Below the pieces are notes generated by a model. That model made no database searches. It worked only from the letters and a program-made list of their open reading frames with translations, and was not told where the DNA came from. A DNA stretch of 47,772 nt from an uncultured candidate division Zixibacteria bacterium (GTDB lineage: Bacteria > Zixibacteria > MSB-5A5 > GN15 > FEB-12), in contig CALCCW010000295.1 in assembly GCA_937900185.1 (NCBI GenBank), positions 1-47,772 of the forward strand. The letters are read 5' to 3'. A program made the translations under genes and the position numbers. Of the stretch, positions 29,406-39,700 are shown one piece after another (positions within the stretch are counted from its first letter, which is position 1; every line of letters starts with the position of its first letter).

Positions 29406-30101
29406 ATGCCATTATATATTCCTAAGAAAGTTCCTCTAAACTGGTATAAGTATGAAATAGAATTATCGATTGAATTACTTGAAGTTTATATAAGTAATGT
29501 TGAAAATCAAGTTAACACTAATGTAGAGAAATACAATAAGAAAAAAGAGACAGAATATTCACAAAAAGTTATTAAAATTTTAAATGATCAAGACCCTTCT
29601 GATGTTACAGTCACACATGAAGGACTTGATAGTATGACATTGGATTTGGAGATCATATTTGAAGAGTATTTTCCTTCTCTTCAAAGAAGATCTGCTCTTA
29701 TAACATTATTCGGTATATTTGAACATATTCTAAATGACTTATGTATTCTTTTTCAAAAAACTGAAGATTTTAAAATTGGTTTTAAAAATATTAAGGGTTC
29801 AGGAATTGATAGAAGCATCGAGTATTTAGAGTTAGTTGCTTTACTTCCAATCGATAAAAAAATAAAGTGTTGGCAAGAGATAAAATCAATTCAAAAAATT
29901 AGAAATCTTGCTGTTCATTGTGATAGCGAGTTGATTGATTATCATGGTAACCCAAGGAAAAATGAACAGAATATTGTACAACAAAATATTTTTCTTGAAG
30001 GTGTAAAAGAGGTTATTCTCAAAGAAGGTTATTTATCATTTGTACTTAAATCTTTTACAGCACTTTTTAAACACATAGATGAGCTTATTCAAGTGAAATA
30101 A
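29406..30101 (+). CDS. Hypothetical helical protein with HEPN-like RX4H motif
   Basis: SALITLFGIFEH and IRNLAVH motifs; paralog at 37541..38248. Confidence 0.65.
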   Translation: MPLYIPKKVPLNWYKYEIELSIELLEVYISNVENQVNTNVEKYNKKKETEYSQKVIKILNDQDPSDVTVTHEGLDSMTLDLEIIFEEYFPSLQRRSALITLFGIFEHILNDLCILFQKTEDFKIGFKNIKGSGIDRSIEYLELVALLPIDKKIKCWQEIKSIQKIRNLAVHCDSELIDYHGNPRKNEQNIVQQNIFLEGVKEVILKEGYLSFVLKSFTALFKHIDELIQVK

Positions 30102-30141
30102 TTACTATAACTAATAAAGACGATTAAAGGGGAATTAACAT

Positions 30142-30339
30142 ATGGCAACGTATAAAGATATACAAGATTGGGTGCGGAAGAATCATAATTTCGTACCGAA
30201 AACATGTTGGATTGCTCATTGTAAAGAGTTAAACGGGATAGTAGTTAATACAAGTAGAACTACACCTCGACAAGTTCCATGTCCACTCTTTAAACAACCA
30301 TATATCGAAAATGCGTTTCATCATTTTGGGTGGTTGTAA
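30142..30339 (+). CDS. Conserved 65-aa hypothetical protein (Cys/His-containing)
   Basis: AAGGGGA RBS; 52/65 residues identical to the paralog at 37334..37531. Confidence 0.75.
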   Translation: MATYKDIQDWVRKNHNFVPKTCWIAHCKELNGIVVNTSRTTPRQVPCPLFKQPYIENAFHHFGWL

Positions 30340-30514
30340 AATAGTTTATTGACTCTAAGAGTGTTGTTTTTTCGTTTCTGTTCTGGACTCCGATGAATTC
30401 TACTTAGGCTGACTATTTGGAGCATACTTCGACAAGCTCAGCATGACTTATTATAAATAAGACAGGGCAATGCCCTGTCGGTACAATTTAATTTATTACA
30501 AGACACTCTTGTAT

Positions 30515-31186
30515 TTACTCGCGATACAGTTTTAAGCCGCCGGTGTTGTCGAGACCCTTGTCGTGTGCGTCGGATGTTTTGTCGAGTTTGCGAAGACACC
30601 AAGTTGTCATAGCACGTAAATTTTGTACGTTGGTAGTCTTTATCGGTTCAGCCAGTTCACCGCCAAGCTGTTTGGTAAGCGAAAGCAAAAGTTCTTCATC
30701 AACAAGATACCTTTCAGATGTATCCGGCAGATGATACCGTCTGCCCTTTATCAGTTCAACTTTATCTTCAATACCAATCGTAGAAGCTATCCGTACAAAC
30801 ATAAAACCGCCGACTTTTAACACCCGCCACGATTCTTTGAGCCAAGTTTTAAATTGGTTGTCATCTTCAGCAAAATGCAACACTGCTGAAGAAATTATCG
30901 CATCAAAAGTCGCATCATCAAATAAAAGTTTATCAAGCGATTCCACTCGAAAGTTATCTTCTGACAGTTTAGGGTTTAATTGTTTCGTAAGAAATTTACA
31001 GTTTTTGATAAACGTAGTAGAATTGTCAACACCATAGACATCATAACCGTTACGCATAAAATAGATAAGGTTACGACCGTTACCGCACCCGATATCGAGA
31101 ATTTTCATTCCCTTTTTAAATGTTCCTTTTTGAATCTGGTCAAAAAGATAAATGTCAATCCCCCCGAAATATTCGTGTACGTCCAT
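30515..31186 (-). CDS. Class I SAM-dependent methyltransferase
   Basis: ILDIGCGNGRN, FDAIISSAVLHF and RVLKVGG motifs. Confidence 0.9.
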   Translation of the reverse strand: MDVHEYFGGIDIYLFDQIQKGTFKKGMKILDIGCGNGRNLIYFMRNGYDVYGVDNSTTFIKNCKFLTKQLNPKLSEDNFRVESLDKLLFDDATFDAIISSAVLHFAEDDNQFKTWLKESWRVLKVGGFMFVRIASTIGIEDKVELIKGRRYHLPDTSERYLVDEELLLSLTKQLGGELAEPIKTTNVQNLRAMTTWCLRKLDKTSDAHDKGLDNTGGLKLYRE

Positions 31187-31275
31187 TTGGATTTGTTACC
31201 TTTTATTAATAATTATTCACTCTATTATGTATATTGAATTATACGTGCTAATATAATTCATTTATTGTTTAAGTA

Positions 31276-34200
31276 CTAAACTTTTCCTAAGATTCCCCGT
31301 AAATCGGAAAGCCGACGATTTTTTTCTGTCTTACTCATATCTATAATTATTTGTATATTGCCTGTCAATGAAAACTCCATGGGGCAGTCGGTTGCTTTGC
31401 GGAGTGATTCGACCTCTTCACGTTTGAGAATTTTCCCTTCTTCAAAAAAGAGGTTTACTATTCCTTTACGCATCTTCACTTTTTCAATTTCCAAAAGCGA
31501 GGCAGAAATTTTCACCGCGGCACCATCAAATAAATCTATTGCTGATTGTGGAAGTTTACCGAACCGGTCGACTACCTCATCACGAATAGATTCCACTTCT
31601 GATAATTGATGACAATCTGCAATTCTACGATAGATATCAACTTTTTGCTGACGATTATTCACATAATTATTATCAAGATACATTTCGATATCGTATTCCA
31701 GTTTTGTATCGGGCGGTCGAAAAATCTCGGCACCTTTTAATTTGGCAATAGCTTCCTCAAGCAGCTTATTATACATCTCAAACCCGATTTCTTCAATAAA
31801 CCCTGATTGTTTTGCCCCCAAGATTGTACCGGCACCTCTGATTTCCAAATCACGCATAGCAAGAGCAAAGCCAGACCCTAAATCGGAATGTGCTTCGATT
31901 GCCCGCAAACGTTTGACAGCATCTTTTTGCATTAATTTTGTTGAGGGCGTCAAAAGATATGCATAAGCTCTTTTTGAAGATCTTCCGACCCGTCCACGAA
32001 GTTGATAGAGCTGTGCCAAACCAAACCGGTCGGCACGATTAATAATAATTGTATTGGCTTCTGGAATGTCCAACCCTGATTCAATAATTGAAGTACACAA
32101 AAGAACATTGTAGCGTTTGTTCATAAAAGCGTGCATAACACCCTCAAGCGATTTCTCATGCATCTGCCCGTGAGCAACAACAATCTCTGCTTGGGGGATA
32201 TATTTTTTGAGATAGTTATACATAGCATCAATTGTCTGCACTCTGTTATGAACAAAAAAGACCTGCCCATCACGATCAATTTCCCGCAGAACAATAGTCG
32301 CAATCATACCGGGGTCAAACTCGGAAATTTCTGTTATAATCGGAAGTCTGTCTTTTGGCGATGTTGTTATCAGCGACATATCACGAACACCCATCAACGA
32401 CATTTGCAGTGTACGGGGTATCGGTGTTGCAGTCATCGAAAGAGTGTCAACATTTGCTTTGAGCTTTCGCAGTTTTTCTTTATGGCGAACCCCAAAACGA
32501 TGTTCTTCATCTATAACAAGAAGCCCTAAATCTTTAAAGAAAATGTCTTTGGAAAACAAGCGATGAGTACCAACGACTAAATCTACTTTCCCAAGAGCAA
32601 TATCCTCGATAATTTTATCCTGCTCTTTTTTAGTTCGAAATCGTGAGAGCATTTCGACATTAACCGGAAAATCTTGGTACCGTTCTTTGAATGTTTCATA
32701 ATGCTGTTGTGCCAAAATTGTTGTAGGGACTAATACCGCCGCTTGTTTGCCTTTATCTATTGCTTTAAATGCCGCCCGAACAGCTACCTCGGTTTTTCCA
32801 AATCCGACATCTCCGCAGATAAGACGTTCCATTGTGTTTTCTGATTTCATGTCAGCTTTGACTTCTTGAATAGCCCGAAGTTGGTCTTTGGTCTCCTCAA
32901 AAGGAAAAGATGCCTCAAGCTGTTTGAGCCAGACAGTGTCTTCACCAAAGGCATATCCTTTCGATGCTTTCCTCTCGGCATACAGCTGTACCAAATCTTC
33001 TGCCATAAGTTCTATAGCTTTTTTCGTTTTTTTCTTGAGCTTATCCCAAGAAGGACCGCCTAATCGAGTTAAGGACGGGTCAGCATCTTTGCCGGCATAT
33101 TTTGAGACACGGTTGAATTCTTCAATCGGAACAAACAGCTTATCGTTGTCACCATATATAAGCAGCAGACAATCACGACTGCGTTTATCAAGTGTCAGAG
33201 TTTCAAGCCTAATATATTTTGCAATACCATGTTCAGTATGAACTACAAAATCGCCGGGGGTCAGATTGGTATAATCTGAAATTGCGACACCCTCTTTATA
33301 TTTTTTCTTACGGACTCTTCGATGATGCCTGCTGAAAATTTGATGATCAGTTAAAAGTGCAAACCCTGCCTCGTGAGCAATAAATCCACCCTTGAGATCG
33401 GCAACTTCTATAACAGGGTCAAAGGCTATGTTAGATTTTTCGGAAATCAGTTCTTTGAGTCTGTCGGCTTGTCCTTGATTGTCGGTTGCAATCATATAAG
33501 TGAAATTCGTTTGGTTGTACTCACGAAGTGTGTCGCCAAGTAAATCAAGTCTTGCTCCTAATGACGGATGTGGAGAACACTTAAAATCTATTATATTTTT
33601 TTTGCCTCCTTTAAACGGAAGCATATCAATTTTTTTATATGATGCAAAATGTGAGTCAATCTGTTCTGATGTCAGATAATACGTATCTGGTTTTGGAATC
33701 CCGGGCAGTCTGCTTTTAAACCGTTCAAAAAGTATGACAGCTTCTTCCATAATTTTTTCAGTCTCATTTTCTAACGACCCGCGACCTTCAAAAAAAAGAA
33801 TCGTGTCATCTGTGATAAAATCAAACAACGAACCTTGTGAAAGACCAAACATAATAGAAAGCCATTCAAGCCCGGGAAGTTCGGGATCATTTAAATATCT
33901 ATGACGGATAAAATCTGCATCATCTTCTGAGAGCTTTTCAAGATATTTTTCAACTGTCTCCGGTGTAATCAGAATCTCACGTTTTGGAAGAATAGAGACA
34001 GAATCTACTTTGCTTATTGTCCGCTGTGAACGAACATCAAAATTACGAATGGTATCAACCTCATCACCGAACAGCTCAATACGTACAGGAGCATCAGACC
34101 CCGGTGTAAAGAAATCAATCAATCCTCCTCGTTGAGCAAAATCACCAACCTCTTCTACATTGGCAACTCGCCTGAATCCTAAAGTAAGCAGCTTATGTAC

Positions 34201-34695
34201 AAGTTCTTCTAAATCGATTTCAGAGCCAACTGTTAAGACAAGCCTGTTATCATTCAAATTTTCTTTTGTTATTGTTGGCTCCATAACAGCACGGATTGGA
34301 GCGATAATAAAATCAGAGTTGTTATTTAAAAGTGACGAAAGAGTGGAAATTCTCTGTCCCATAATTTCACCCTGCGGAGCTCGAAAATCGTATGGAAGAA
34401 TCTGTCTTGAGGGGTAAAAACTAACTTTTTTAGACGGATGAAGCTGTGAGAGGTCATCAAAGATGTCTCGGGCTGTTTCGCCGTTGGTTGTTATGATAAA
34501 AATAGGCTTTTTTATATCAGAATGAAGGGATTTAAGCAAAAATGATGGCGATGAGCCATGCAGTCCTGAAACATACACAGCATCTAAATTATTTGAGTTT
34601 AAAGAATTAACTGTTTCAATAAGAGATTGAGAACGACGGAAGTGGTCTAAGAGGTTTAAAAGAGTTCTATGCTGTTTTATTGTTTTGGTGGTCAT
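31276..34695 (-). CDS. mfd: Transcription-repair coupling factor
   Basis: UvrB-homology region, RID (VVHTEHGI), GDVGFGKT, DEEHRFG, TATPIPRT, QLRGRVGRS and TRCF C-terminus. Confidence 0.98.
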   Translation of the reverse strand: MTTKTIKQHRTLLNLLDHFRRSQSLIETVNSLNSNNLDAVYVSGLHGSSPSFLLKSLHSDIKKPIFIITTNGETARDIFDDLSQLHPSKKVSFYPSRQILPYDFRAPQGEIMGQRISTLSSLLNNNSDFIIAPIRAVMEPTITKENLNDNRLVLTVGSEIDLEELVHKLLTLGFRRVANVEEVGDFAQRGGLIDFFTPGSDAPVRIELFGDEVDTIRNFDVRSQRTISKVDSVSILPKREILITPETVEKYLEKLSEDDADFIRHRYLNDPELPGLEWLSIMFGLSQGSLFDFITDDTILFFEGRGSLENETEKIMEEAVILFERFKSRLPGIPKPDTYYLTSEQIDSHFASYKKIDMLPFKGGKKNIIDFKCSPHPSLGARLDLLGDTLREYNQTNFTYMIATDNQGQADRLKELISEKSNIAFDPVIEVADLKGGFIAHEAGFALLTDHQIFSRHHRRVRKKKYKEGVAISDYTNLTPGDFVVHTEHGIAKYIRLETLTLDKRSRDCLLLIYGDNDKLFVPIEEFNRVSKYAGKDADPSLTRLGGPSWDKLKKKTKKAIELMAEDLVQLYAERKASKGYAFGEDTVWLKQLEASFPFEETKDQLRAIQEVKADMKSENTMERLICGDVGFGKTEVAVRAAFKAIDKGKQAAVLVPTTILAQQHYETFKERYQDFPVNVEMLSRFRTKKEQDKIIEDIALGKVDLVVGTHRLFSKDIFFKDLGLLVIDEEHRFGVRHKEKLRKLKANVDTLSMTATPIPRTLQMSLMGVRDMSLITTSPKDRLPIITEISEFDPGMIATIVLREIDRDGQVFFVHNRVQTIDAMYNYLKKYIPQAEIVVAHGQMHEKSLEGVMHAFMNKRYNVLLCTSIIESGLDIPEANTIIINRADRFGLAQLYQLRGRVGRSSKRAYAYLLTPSTKLMQKDAVKRLRAIEAHSDLGSGFALAMRDLEIRGAGTILGAKQSGFIEEIGFEMYNKLLEEAIAKLKGAEIFRPPDTKLEYDIEMYLDNNYVNNRQQKVDIYRRIADCHQLSEVESIRDEVVDRFGKLPQSAIDLFDGAAVKISASLLEIEKVKMRKGIVNLFFEEGKILKREEVESLRKATDCPMEFSLTGNIQIIIDMSKTEKNRRLSDLRGILGKV

Positions 34696-34908
34696 AAGGT
34701 GCCTTTATTTTGCAATACAGAAAAACCCCGTATCATTTACAGACGGGGGATATTTTGTTATTTTGGTCAAATATAGGAAAAAAACGCATAAAATCCACTG
34801 TTTTTACGATTTTTTATTTGCCAAAGGAGATTTAGATTAGTAAAATTACGCATCTTTATGGAATTAGAAAATTAAAAAAACTCTTAGACAGATATGAAGG
34901 AGTCCAAC

Positions 34909-35079
34909 ATGTCAAGTTACACAAAACTAATCGAAGTCGTTGAAGCAATCAAAGGTGATGTAGAAAAAGCCGAAGCCGGCAACAAAGCTGCCACAGGTCG
35001 AGTAAGAAAATCTATGCAGGAAATTAAAGCAGTTGCCCAGGATATCAGAAAAGAAATGCTGGAACTTCGCGAAAAATAA
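34909..35079 (+). CDS. Histone H1-like (Hc1-family) small protein
   Basis: GNKAATGRVRKSMQEIK...AQDIRK motif; ATG at 34909 follows AAGGAG. Confidence 0.8.
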   Translation: MSSYTKLIEVVEAIKGDVEKAEAGNKAATGRVRKSMQEIKAVAQDIRKEMLELREK

Positions 35080-35110
35080 CCGTTACAAACGATAGATAAA
35101 TGATTTCAAG

Positions 35111-35140
35111 GAGAGTGTGTGAATCGCACTCTCTTTTTTT
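35111..35140 (+). terminator. Rho-independent terminator
   Basis: GAGAGTG...CACTCTC followed by a T-run. Confidence 0.75.
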
Positions 35141-35193
35141 ATGGGAAGGAATTATGTGATTGATTAAATCAATTAATATATCTATTTTATTAT

Positions 35194-36198
35194 ATGCTTA
35201 AGATAAATGGACTATCTCATTCTTTAGAGGATTATAAATATATTGATCTTTTTGCAGGAATTGGAGGGTTTAGATATGCTTTAGATTCTTTTGGAGCAAC
35301 ATGTGTCTTTAGTTCAGAATGGGATAAAAATGCTCAAGAAGTGTATAAGAATAATTTTGGTGATATGCCGGAGGGTGATATTACTCAAGTTGATGAGAAA
35401 GAAATCCCAAAACATGATATTTTATGTGCAGGATTTCCATGTCAGGCATTTAGCATATCAGGTAATAAAAAAGGTTTTAATGACACAAGAGGAACTTTAT
35501 TCTTTGATATAGTGAGAATTGCAAAATATCATAAACCTAAGTTCCTTTTTTTAGAAAATGTCCGAAATTTTGAAAATCATGACAATGGCAATACATTAAA
35601 AACTGTATATAATGTACTTGAATCATTAGGGTATAATGTATTTCATAAAGTATTAAATGCTAGTTGTTTTGGTGTTCCGCAAAACAGAGAACGAATATAT
35701 GTTTTAGCCTTTCGACAAGAAAAAATAAACATCCAAAACTATGAATTTGTAAAACCCTCAATGAGAAGTGTTACGTTAAAAGAAATTTTTCTTGAAAAAG
35801 AGTATATTGAAGAATTCTACATAAATAGAGAAGATATTATTCTTAACACATCAAAAAAAATTGAGCCTGATATTTTTGGGAACTATCCCTTAAAACCTAT
35901 TCGTATTGGAACTGTAAATAAGGGCGGACAAGGTGAGAGAATTTATCACGAGTGTGGTCATGCAATCACGCTTTCCGCTTATGGTGGCGGTATAGGAGCA
36001 AAAACAGGTTTGTATGCGACAAATGGAAAAGTACGAAAACTTGCTCCAAGAGAATGTGCAAGACTGATGACATTTCCGGAATCTTTTATAATGCATAGTT
36101 CAAAATATCAAAGTTACAAACAGTTTGGCAATTCTGTTGTTGTTGATGTTTTACAGTATATTCTACAGGATTTAATTATTAAGAAAGTACTGCATTGA
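35194..36198 (+). CDS. C5-cytosine DNA methyltransferase, M.HhaI-like (probable GCGC specificity)
   Basis: DLFAGIGG, GFPCQAFS, ENV, QNRERIY; HhaI-like TRD KGGQGERIY...ITLSAYGGG; QFGNSV. Confidence 0.93.
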   Translation: MLKINGLSHSLEDYKYIDLFAGIGGFRYALDSFGATCVFSSEWDKNAQEVYKNNFGDMPEGDITQVDEKEIPKHDILCAGFPCQAFSISGNKKGFNDTRGTLFFDIVRIAKYHKPKFLFLENVRNFENHDNGNTLKTVYNVLESLGYNVFHKVLNASCFGVPQNRERIYVLAFRQEKINIQNYEFVKPSMRSVTLKEIFLEKEYIEEFYINREDIILNTSKKIEPDIFGNYPLKPIRIGTVNKGGQGERIYHECGHAITLSAYGGGIGAKTGLYATNGKVRKLAPRECARLMTFPESFIMHSSKYQSYKQFGNSVVVDVLQYILQDLIIKKVLH

Positions 36199-36947
36199 AA
36201 AATAACAATCTGATAAAAATTGGCTCTCAAACGGCAAAAAACGGTTTTAAGAATGAAAAATATATAGCCTATAAATTTGATCACTGGAGAACTGACCCTG
36301 AAGCAAAATTATGGCTTAAAATTATGGGGTACAATTTTGATGAAATCAAAAATGTACAAGCTGTAATAATTACAAGAGAAAAAACAGATGTACAAGTACA
36401 AATTGAAATAGAAACAAAAGATGCTATTTCACGTGAAAACATACAAGTAAAATTGGTATCAACTCGCTCAGGGTTTAATCAGATTGATAAAAGATGGGTA
36501 GATAAATATTCTGAACTTTGGTCTATTCCTGATAATGTAAAAATACTTTTAAAACATTTTACCGGTGAAATTGAACCAAATATTGAGAATCCAAAAGATT
36601 CAAGAAGAATGTTTATAAACGAGTTTACGAAAAAAGATCAACATCTGATAATAAATTTCTTTTTATCAAATAAGCCTCTAATTGTAAATGATATTTTAAA
36701 GGGTAGAGGTCCATTTGCTGCAGAATGGATGCTAATTGCTCAAAAAGTAATGTCTGATGCTCAATGGGTACTAAAACCAATGAATATTGTTATTAATCAT
36801 TATAGTGCCGGAAGTGTAGAGTTATCTCCTCGTGGTAGTCTAAAAATTGGTCGTATAACTGCTCAAAGAAAAGGTGGTGATGGGGGACGGCTAACTGCAA
36901 ATATGCTGCAATTTAAGATTGATCCAACAGAATTATTTGATGATTAA
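36195..36947 (+). CDS. Type II restriction endonuclease, HinP1I family (G^CGC)
   Basis: GSQTAKNGFKNE, NIQVKLVS..GFNQIDK and QRKGGD.GR.TANMLQFKIDPTELFD match recalled R.HinP1I; TTG start overlaps the MTase stop. Confidence 0.88.
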   Translation: MKNNNLIKIGSQTAKNGFKNEKYIAYKFDHWRTDPEAKLWLKIMGYNFDEIKNVQAVIITREKTDVQVQIEIETKDAISRENIQVKLVSTRSGFNQIDKRWVDKYSELWSIPDNVKILLKHFTGEIEPNIENPKDSRRMFINEFTKKDQHLIINFFLSNKPLIVNDILKGRGPFAAEWMLIAQKVMSDAQWVLKPMNIVINHYSAGSVELSPRGSLKIGRITAQRKGGDGGRLTANMLQFKIDPTELFDD

Positions 36948-37145
36948 AGTTGGTTATTGTTTACGGTTGTTATGTTGGTTTCTGAAACCGCAAAGTGGGT
37001 TTGTGAACCAACATTCAGCATTGTGACACAGCCTCTTGATTGGGAATCCGGTCATTAGTTATACGGCACTTGTCGATGTATGCACTCTTCAAACCATCCC
37101 CGACTTGGTCGGGGAACCAGTTGTTTTGAACTCCTCTCCGGCGGA

Positions 37146-37263
37146 GGGCTTGTTGAAAAAGTCCAAATTGTCACAACTTGAGCAGTCAGGAACCCTTTCC
37201 TGACTGTTTAATCGTCGGGAAAGGGTTCCCGACGATGCCTTTTGAGGGTTTATCAACAAGCCC
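37146..37263. mobile_element. MITE-like element with ~18-bp terminal inverted repeats
   Basis: GGGCTTGTTGAAAAAGTCC...GGGTTTATCAACAAGCCC enclosing two hairpins; same ends recur at 45638..45808. Confidence 0.65.
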
Positions 37264-37333
37264 CGGAGCCGGAGTCCGGAACAGAAACGAGATTTAAAAT
37301 TCTTCAAGTCATCAACACATTTTAGATAATAAT

Positions 37334-37531
37334 TTACAACCAATCAAAATGATGAAACGCTTTTTCTTTAGCAAGACGTTTGTTTGGTGGGCATGGGTAT
37401 TGTCGAGATGTAGTTCTACTTATATTAACCGCTATTCCGTTTAATTCTTTACAATGTGCAATCCAACACGACTTCGGAACAAAATTATGATTCTTTCTTA
37501 CCCAATCTTGTATATCTTTGTATGTCGCCAT
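37334..37531 (-). CDS. 65-aa hypothetical protein, paralog of 30142..30339
   Basis: MATYKDIQDWVRKNHNFVPK.CWIAHCKELNGI. Confidence 0.75.
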   Translation of the reverse strand: MATYKDIQDWVRKNHNFVPKSCWIAHCKELNGIAVNISRTTSRQYPCPPNKRLAKEKAFHHFDWL

Positions 37532-37540
37532 TTGTTGTTC

Positions 37541-38248
37541 CTATCCATTTTTTTCTTGAATAAGTTTATCTATATATTTAAAGAGAGCGTTAAAAGATTC
37601 AAGTACATAATTCAAATATCCTTCTTCTACGAAAACCTCTTTTTCCCCTGAAAGGAAATTATTTTGTTTAACAATTTTAAATTCATCTTTCGGAGTTCCA
37701 TCATCTTTAATTAGTCCTCCATCATTGTGTACAACGATATTTCTAATCTTTTGTATCAATTTTACTCGTTCCCATATATTATTCCCCTTATCAATTGGAA
37801 TATCTGAAACTAATTCTAAATACATTATGCTTCTATCAATTCCTTTTCCTTTTAAATCTTTAAATCCAATTTTATAATTTTCAGTATTTTGAAATAGAAT
37901 ACATAGATCATTGAGTGTATGTTCAAAAACGCTAAATAATGTAATTAACGCAGACCGTCTTTGAAGACTAGGGAAATACTCTTTAAATATTTTCTCCAAA
38001 TCCCAAGTCAGACTATCAAGTCCTTCATGTGTGTCTATAATGTCAGATGGAGCTTCATCGTTTAGCACTTTTATAACTTTATATACTCTTCCTTTTTCAA
38101 TTTTCTTATTATATTGCTTTACACTTGATTTAATCTGATTTTCAACATTACTTATATAAACTTTAAGTAATTCTATTAATAATTTTATTTCATATTGATA
38201 CCAGTTTAAAGGAACTTTTTTGGGAGTATATAGTGGCATAGTTATCAA
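37541..38248 (-). CDS. Hypothetical protein with HEPN-like RX4H motif, paralog of 29406..30101
   Basis: IRNIVVH motif; likely start is the internal ATG (MPLYTPKK). Confidence 0.65.
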   Translation of the reverse strand: MITMPLYTPKKVPLNWYQYEIKLLIELLKVYISNVENQIKSSVKQYNKKIEKGRVYKVIKVLNDEAPSDIIDTHEGLDSLTWDLEKIFKEYFPSLQRRSALITLFSVFEHTLNDLCILFQNTENYKIGFKDLKGKGIDRSIMYLELVSDIPIDKGNNIWERVKLIQKIRNIVVHNDGGLIKDDGTPKDEFKIVKQNNFLSGEKEVFVEEGYLNYVLESFNALFKYIDKLIQEKNG

Positions 38249-38846
38249 ATCTTCTTTTAGAGTTGTTGTGGCTATCTATAAATATAATTTTTACAAATTG
38301 TTATAGCTTTTTATAATACACACCCTCATCCCCATTGTCAACTCCACCCATATCACACTTTCTCTACAAACTCTCCCCTCTTTCGCATCACATCTCTTTC
38401 TATGAACGCCTAAATTATGAAAGAGAAATCAGATGCACAAAATAACTACAATTAATATTAGAAAAAATGGCTTTAAGCCATTTTTTAGAGCAAAGCCATT
38501 TCGCTGTAAACTGCTATCGCTATTTTCTTTACCTCGAAAATAATGAGAAAAAACGTAAAAGTAGGTTCCCTATATATGCGAAACGAACCCATTTTTCAAT
38601 CCGAAAGGACTGGACTCCGTGGCAAGGACGGAGAGGAGTTTAGAAGACTGGATTCAAAGTTTGGGGTGACATTTTGAAAATGTTTTTATAATTGTCATTT
38701 CCCCTCTTTTAAGAGTCGGTTAAGGGGTGTTTAAAAAAACGCTATTTCAAAAAACGAACCCATTTTACTGTAACTGCATAGGGTAGATGAAACTATAAGA
38801 AATTATTAGATTTCAAAATGTGGATAAATATGTAAAAGTGAACCCT

Positions 38847-39695
38847 CTACCCTTTTTCAACATCATGCATAAGATCATCGCCAACTTCAACTTGATTCTG
38901 TTTGCTTTCTTGAGAAAGGAATAGCACTACAAGCGATATACGTCTGTTGCGGTCATCGTTGGGATCTTTGGTTATCATTGGAAATCTATCAGCAAAACCT
39001 CGTACCTCCCTAACCTGCCCTTTATATAACCCGGATACATCCATCAACTGTCTGGCAGCATTGGCACGATCGGTGGAAAGTTCCCAGTTGGAATATGCTT
39101 TTCTTCCGCCAAACGATGCATCGGTGTGACCTTCTATTACGATATGGTTTTCTAACTTACCAAGTTCTTCAGCGATAACCATTAAAATCTTAGCAGGTTT
39201 TTGAAGAAGTTTAGCAGAACCCGGTTCAAAAAATGCCGGAGAATTTTCGCTTTCATTTAAAATAATTCTCAAACCTTCAGAGGTCATTTCCATTTTGATA
39301 TTATTTTTAAGTTTATTAAACATTGATTGTTTTTTTAGTTGTGCGGCAATTTTTTTGGCGGCGATCTCAAGCTCTTTTTTCTCTTTAGTAGACGCAGAAC
39401 CATTGTCTTTCTTTTTGACCATAGAACCGACCGGGTTTTGTTTTTTTATTGGAGATGCAGCACCTTTTAAGACACCTTCCTTACCTTCAGAAGAATATTT
39501 ACCGGGGTCTCTAAAAAAACCTGCTACCCCCTCACGCACATCCGGTTTTTGACCAACCAGCCACATAACTAAAAAAAATGCCATCATAGCAGTCATAAAA
39601 TCAGCAAAGGCAACTTTCCAAGCTCCGCCGTGATGACCATCGCTACCTTTTTTTATGATTTTTTTTATAATAGGTTGTTCAGAATTATCAGACAC
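38847..39695 (-). CDS. motB: Flagellar stator protein MotB
   Basis: HHGGAWKVAFADFMTAMMAFFLVMWL; OmpA-like IEGHTD, NWELS.DRA and NRRI motifs. Confidence 0.93.
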   Translation of the reverse strand: MSDNSEQPIIKKIIKKGSDGHHGGAWKVAFADFMTAMMAFFLVMWLVGQKPDVREGVAGFFRDPGKYSSEGKEGVLKGAASPIKKQNPVGSMVKKKDNGSASTKEKKELEIAAKKIAAQLKKQSMFNKLKNNIKMEMTSEGLRIILNESENSPAFFEPGSAKLLQKPAKILMVIAEELGKLENHIVIEGHTDASFGGRKAYSNWELSTDRANAARQLMDVSGLYKGQVREVRGFADRFPMITKDPNDDRNRRISLVVLFLSQESKQNQVEVGDDLMHDVEKG

Positions 39696-39700
39696 AATAG

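Larger units (their letters stand above)
29163..30391 (+). repeat. Copy A of a ~1.2-kb inverted duplication (promoter, HEPN-motif gene, 65-aa gene)
   Basis: Homologous to the reverse complement of ~37270..38471, including upstream (GCCATTTTTT...CATCTG...GAGATGT.ATGC) and downstream (TCGTTTCTGTTC.GGACTCC) flanks. Confidence 0.85.
37270..38471 (-). repeat. Copy B of the inverted duplication
   Basis: See copy A; promoter TTGACA-N17-TATTAT at 38341-38313 on the minus strand. Confidence 0.85.

Noticed and set aside
37089-37343. 84-aa ORF
   Set aside because: It runs across the MITE-like element and hairpins and has no recognisable protein features
38461-38770. Short repeats (AAACGAACCCATTTT twice, AAGCCATTT twice) as an ncRNA or regulatory array
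   Set aside because: Too few and too short to support a call, with no recognisable RNA family
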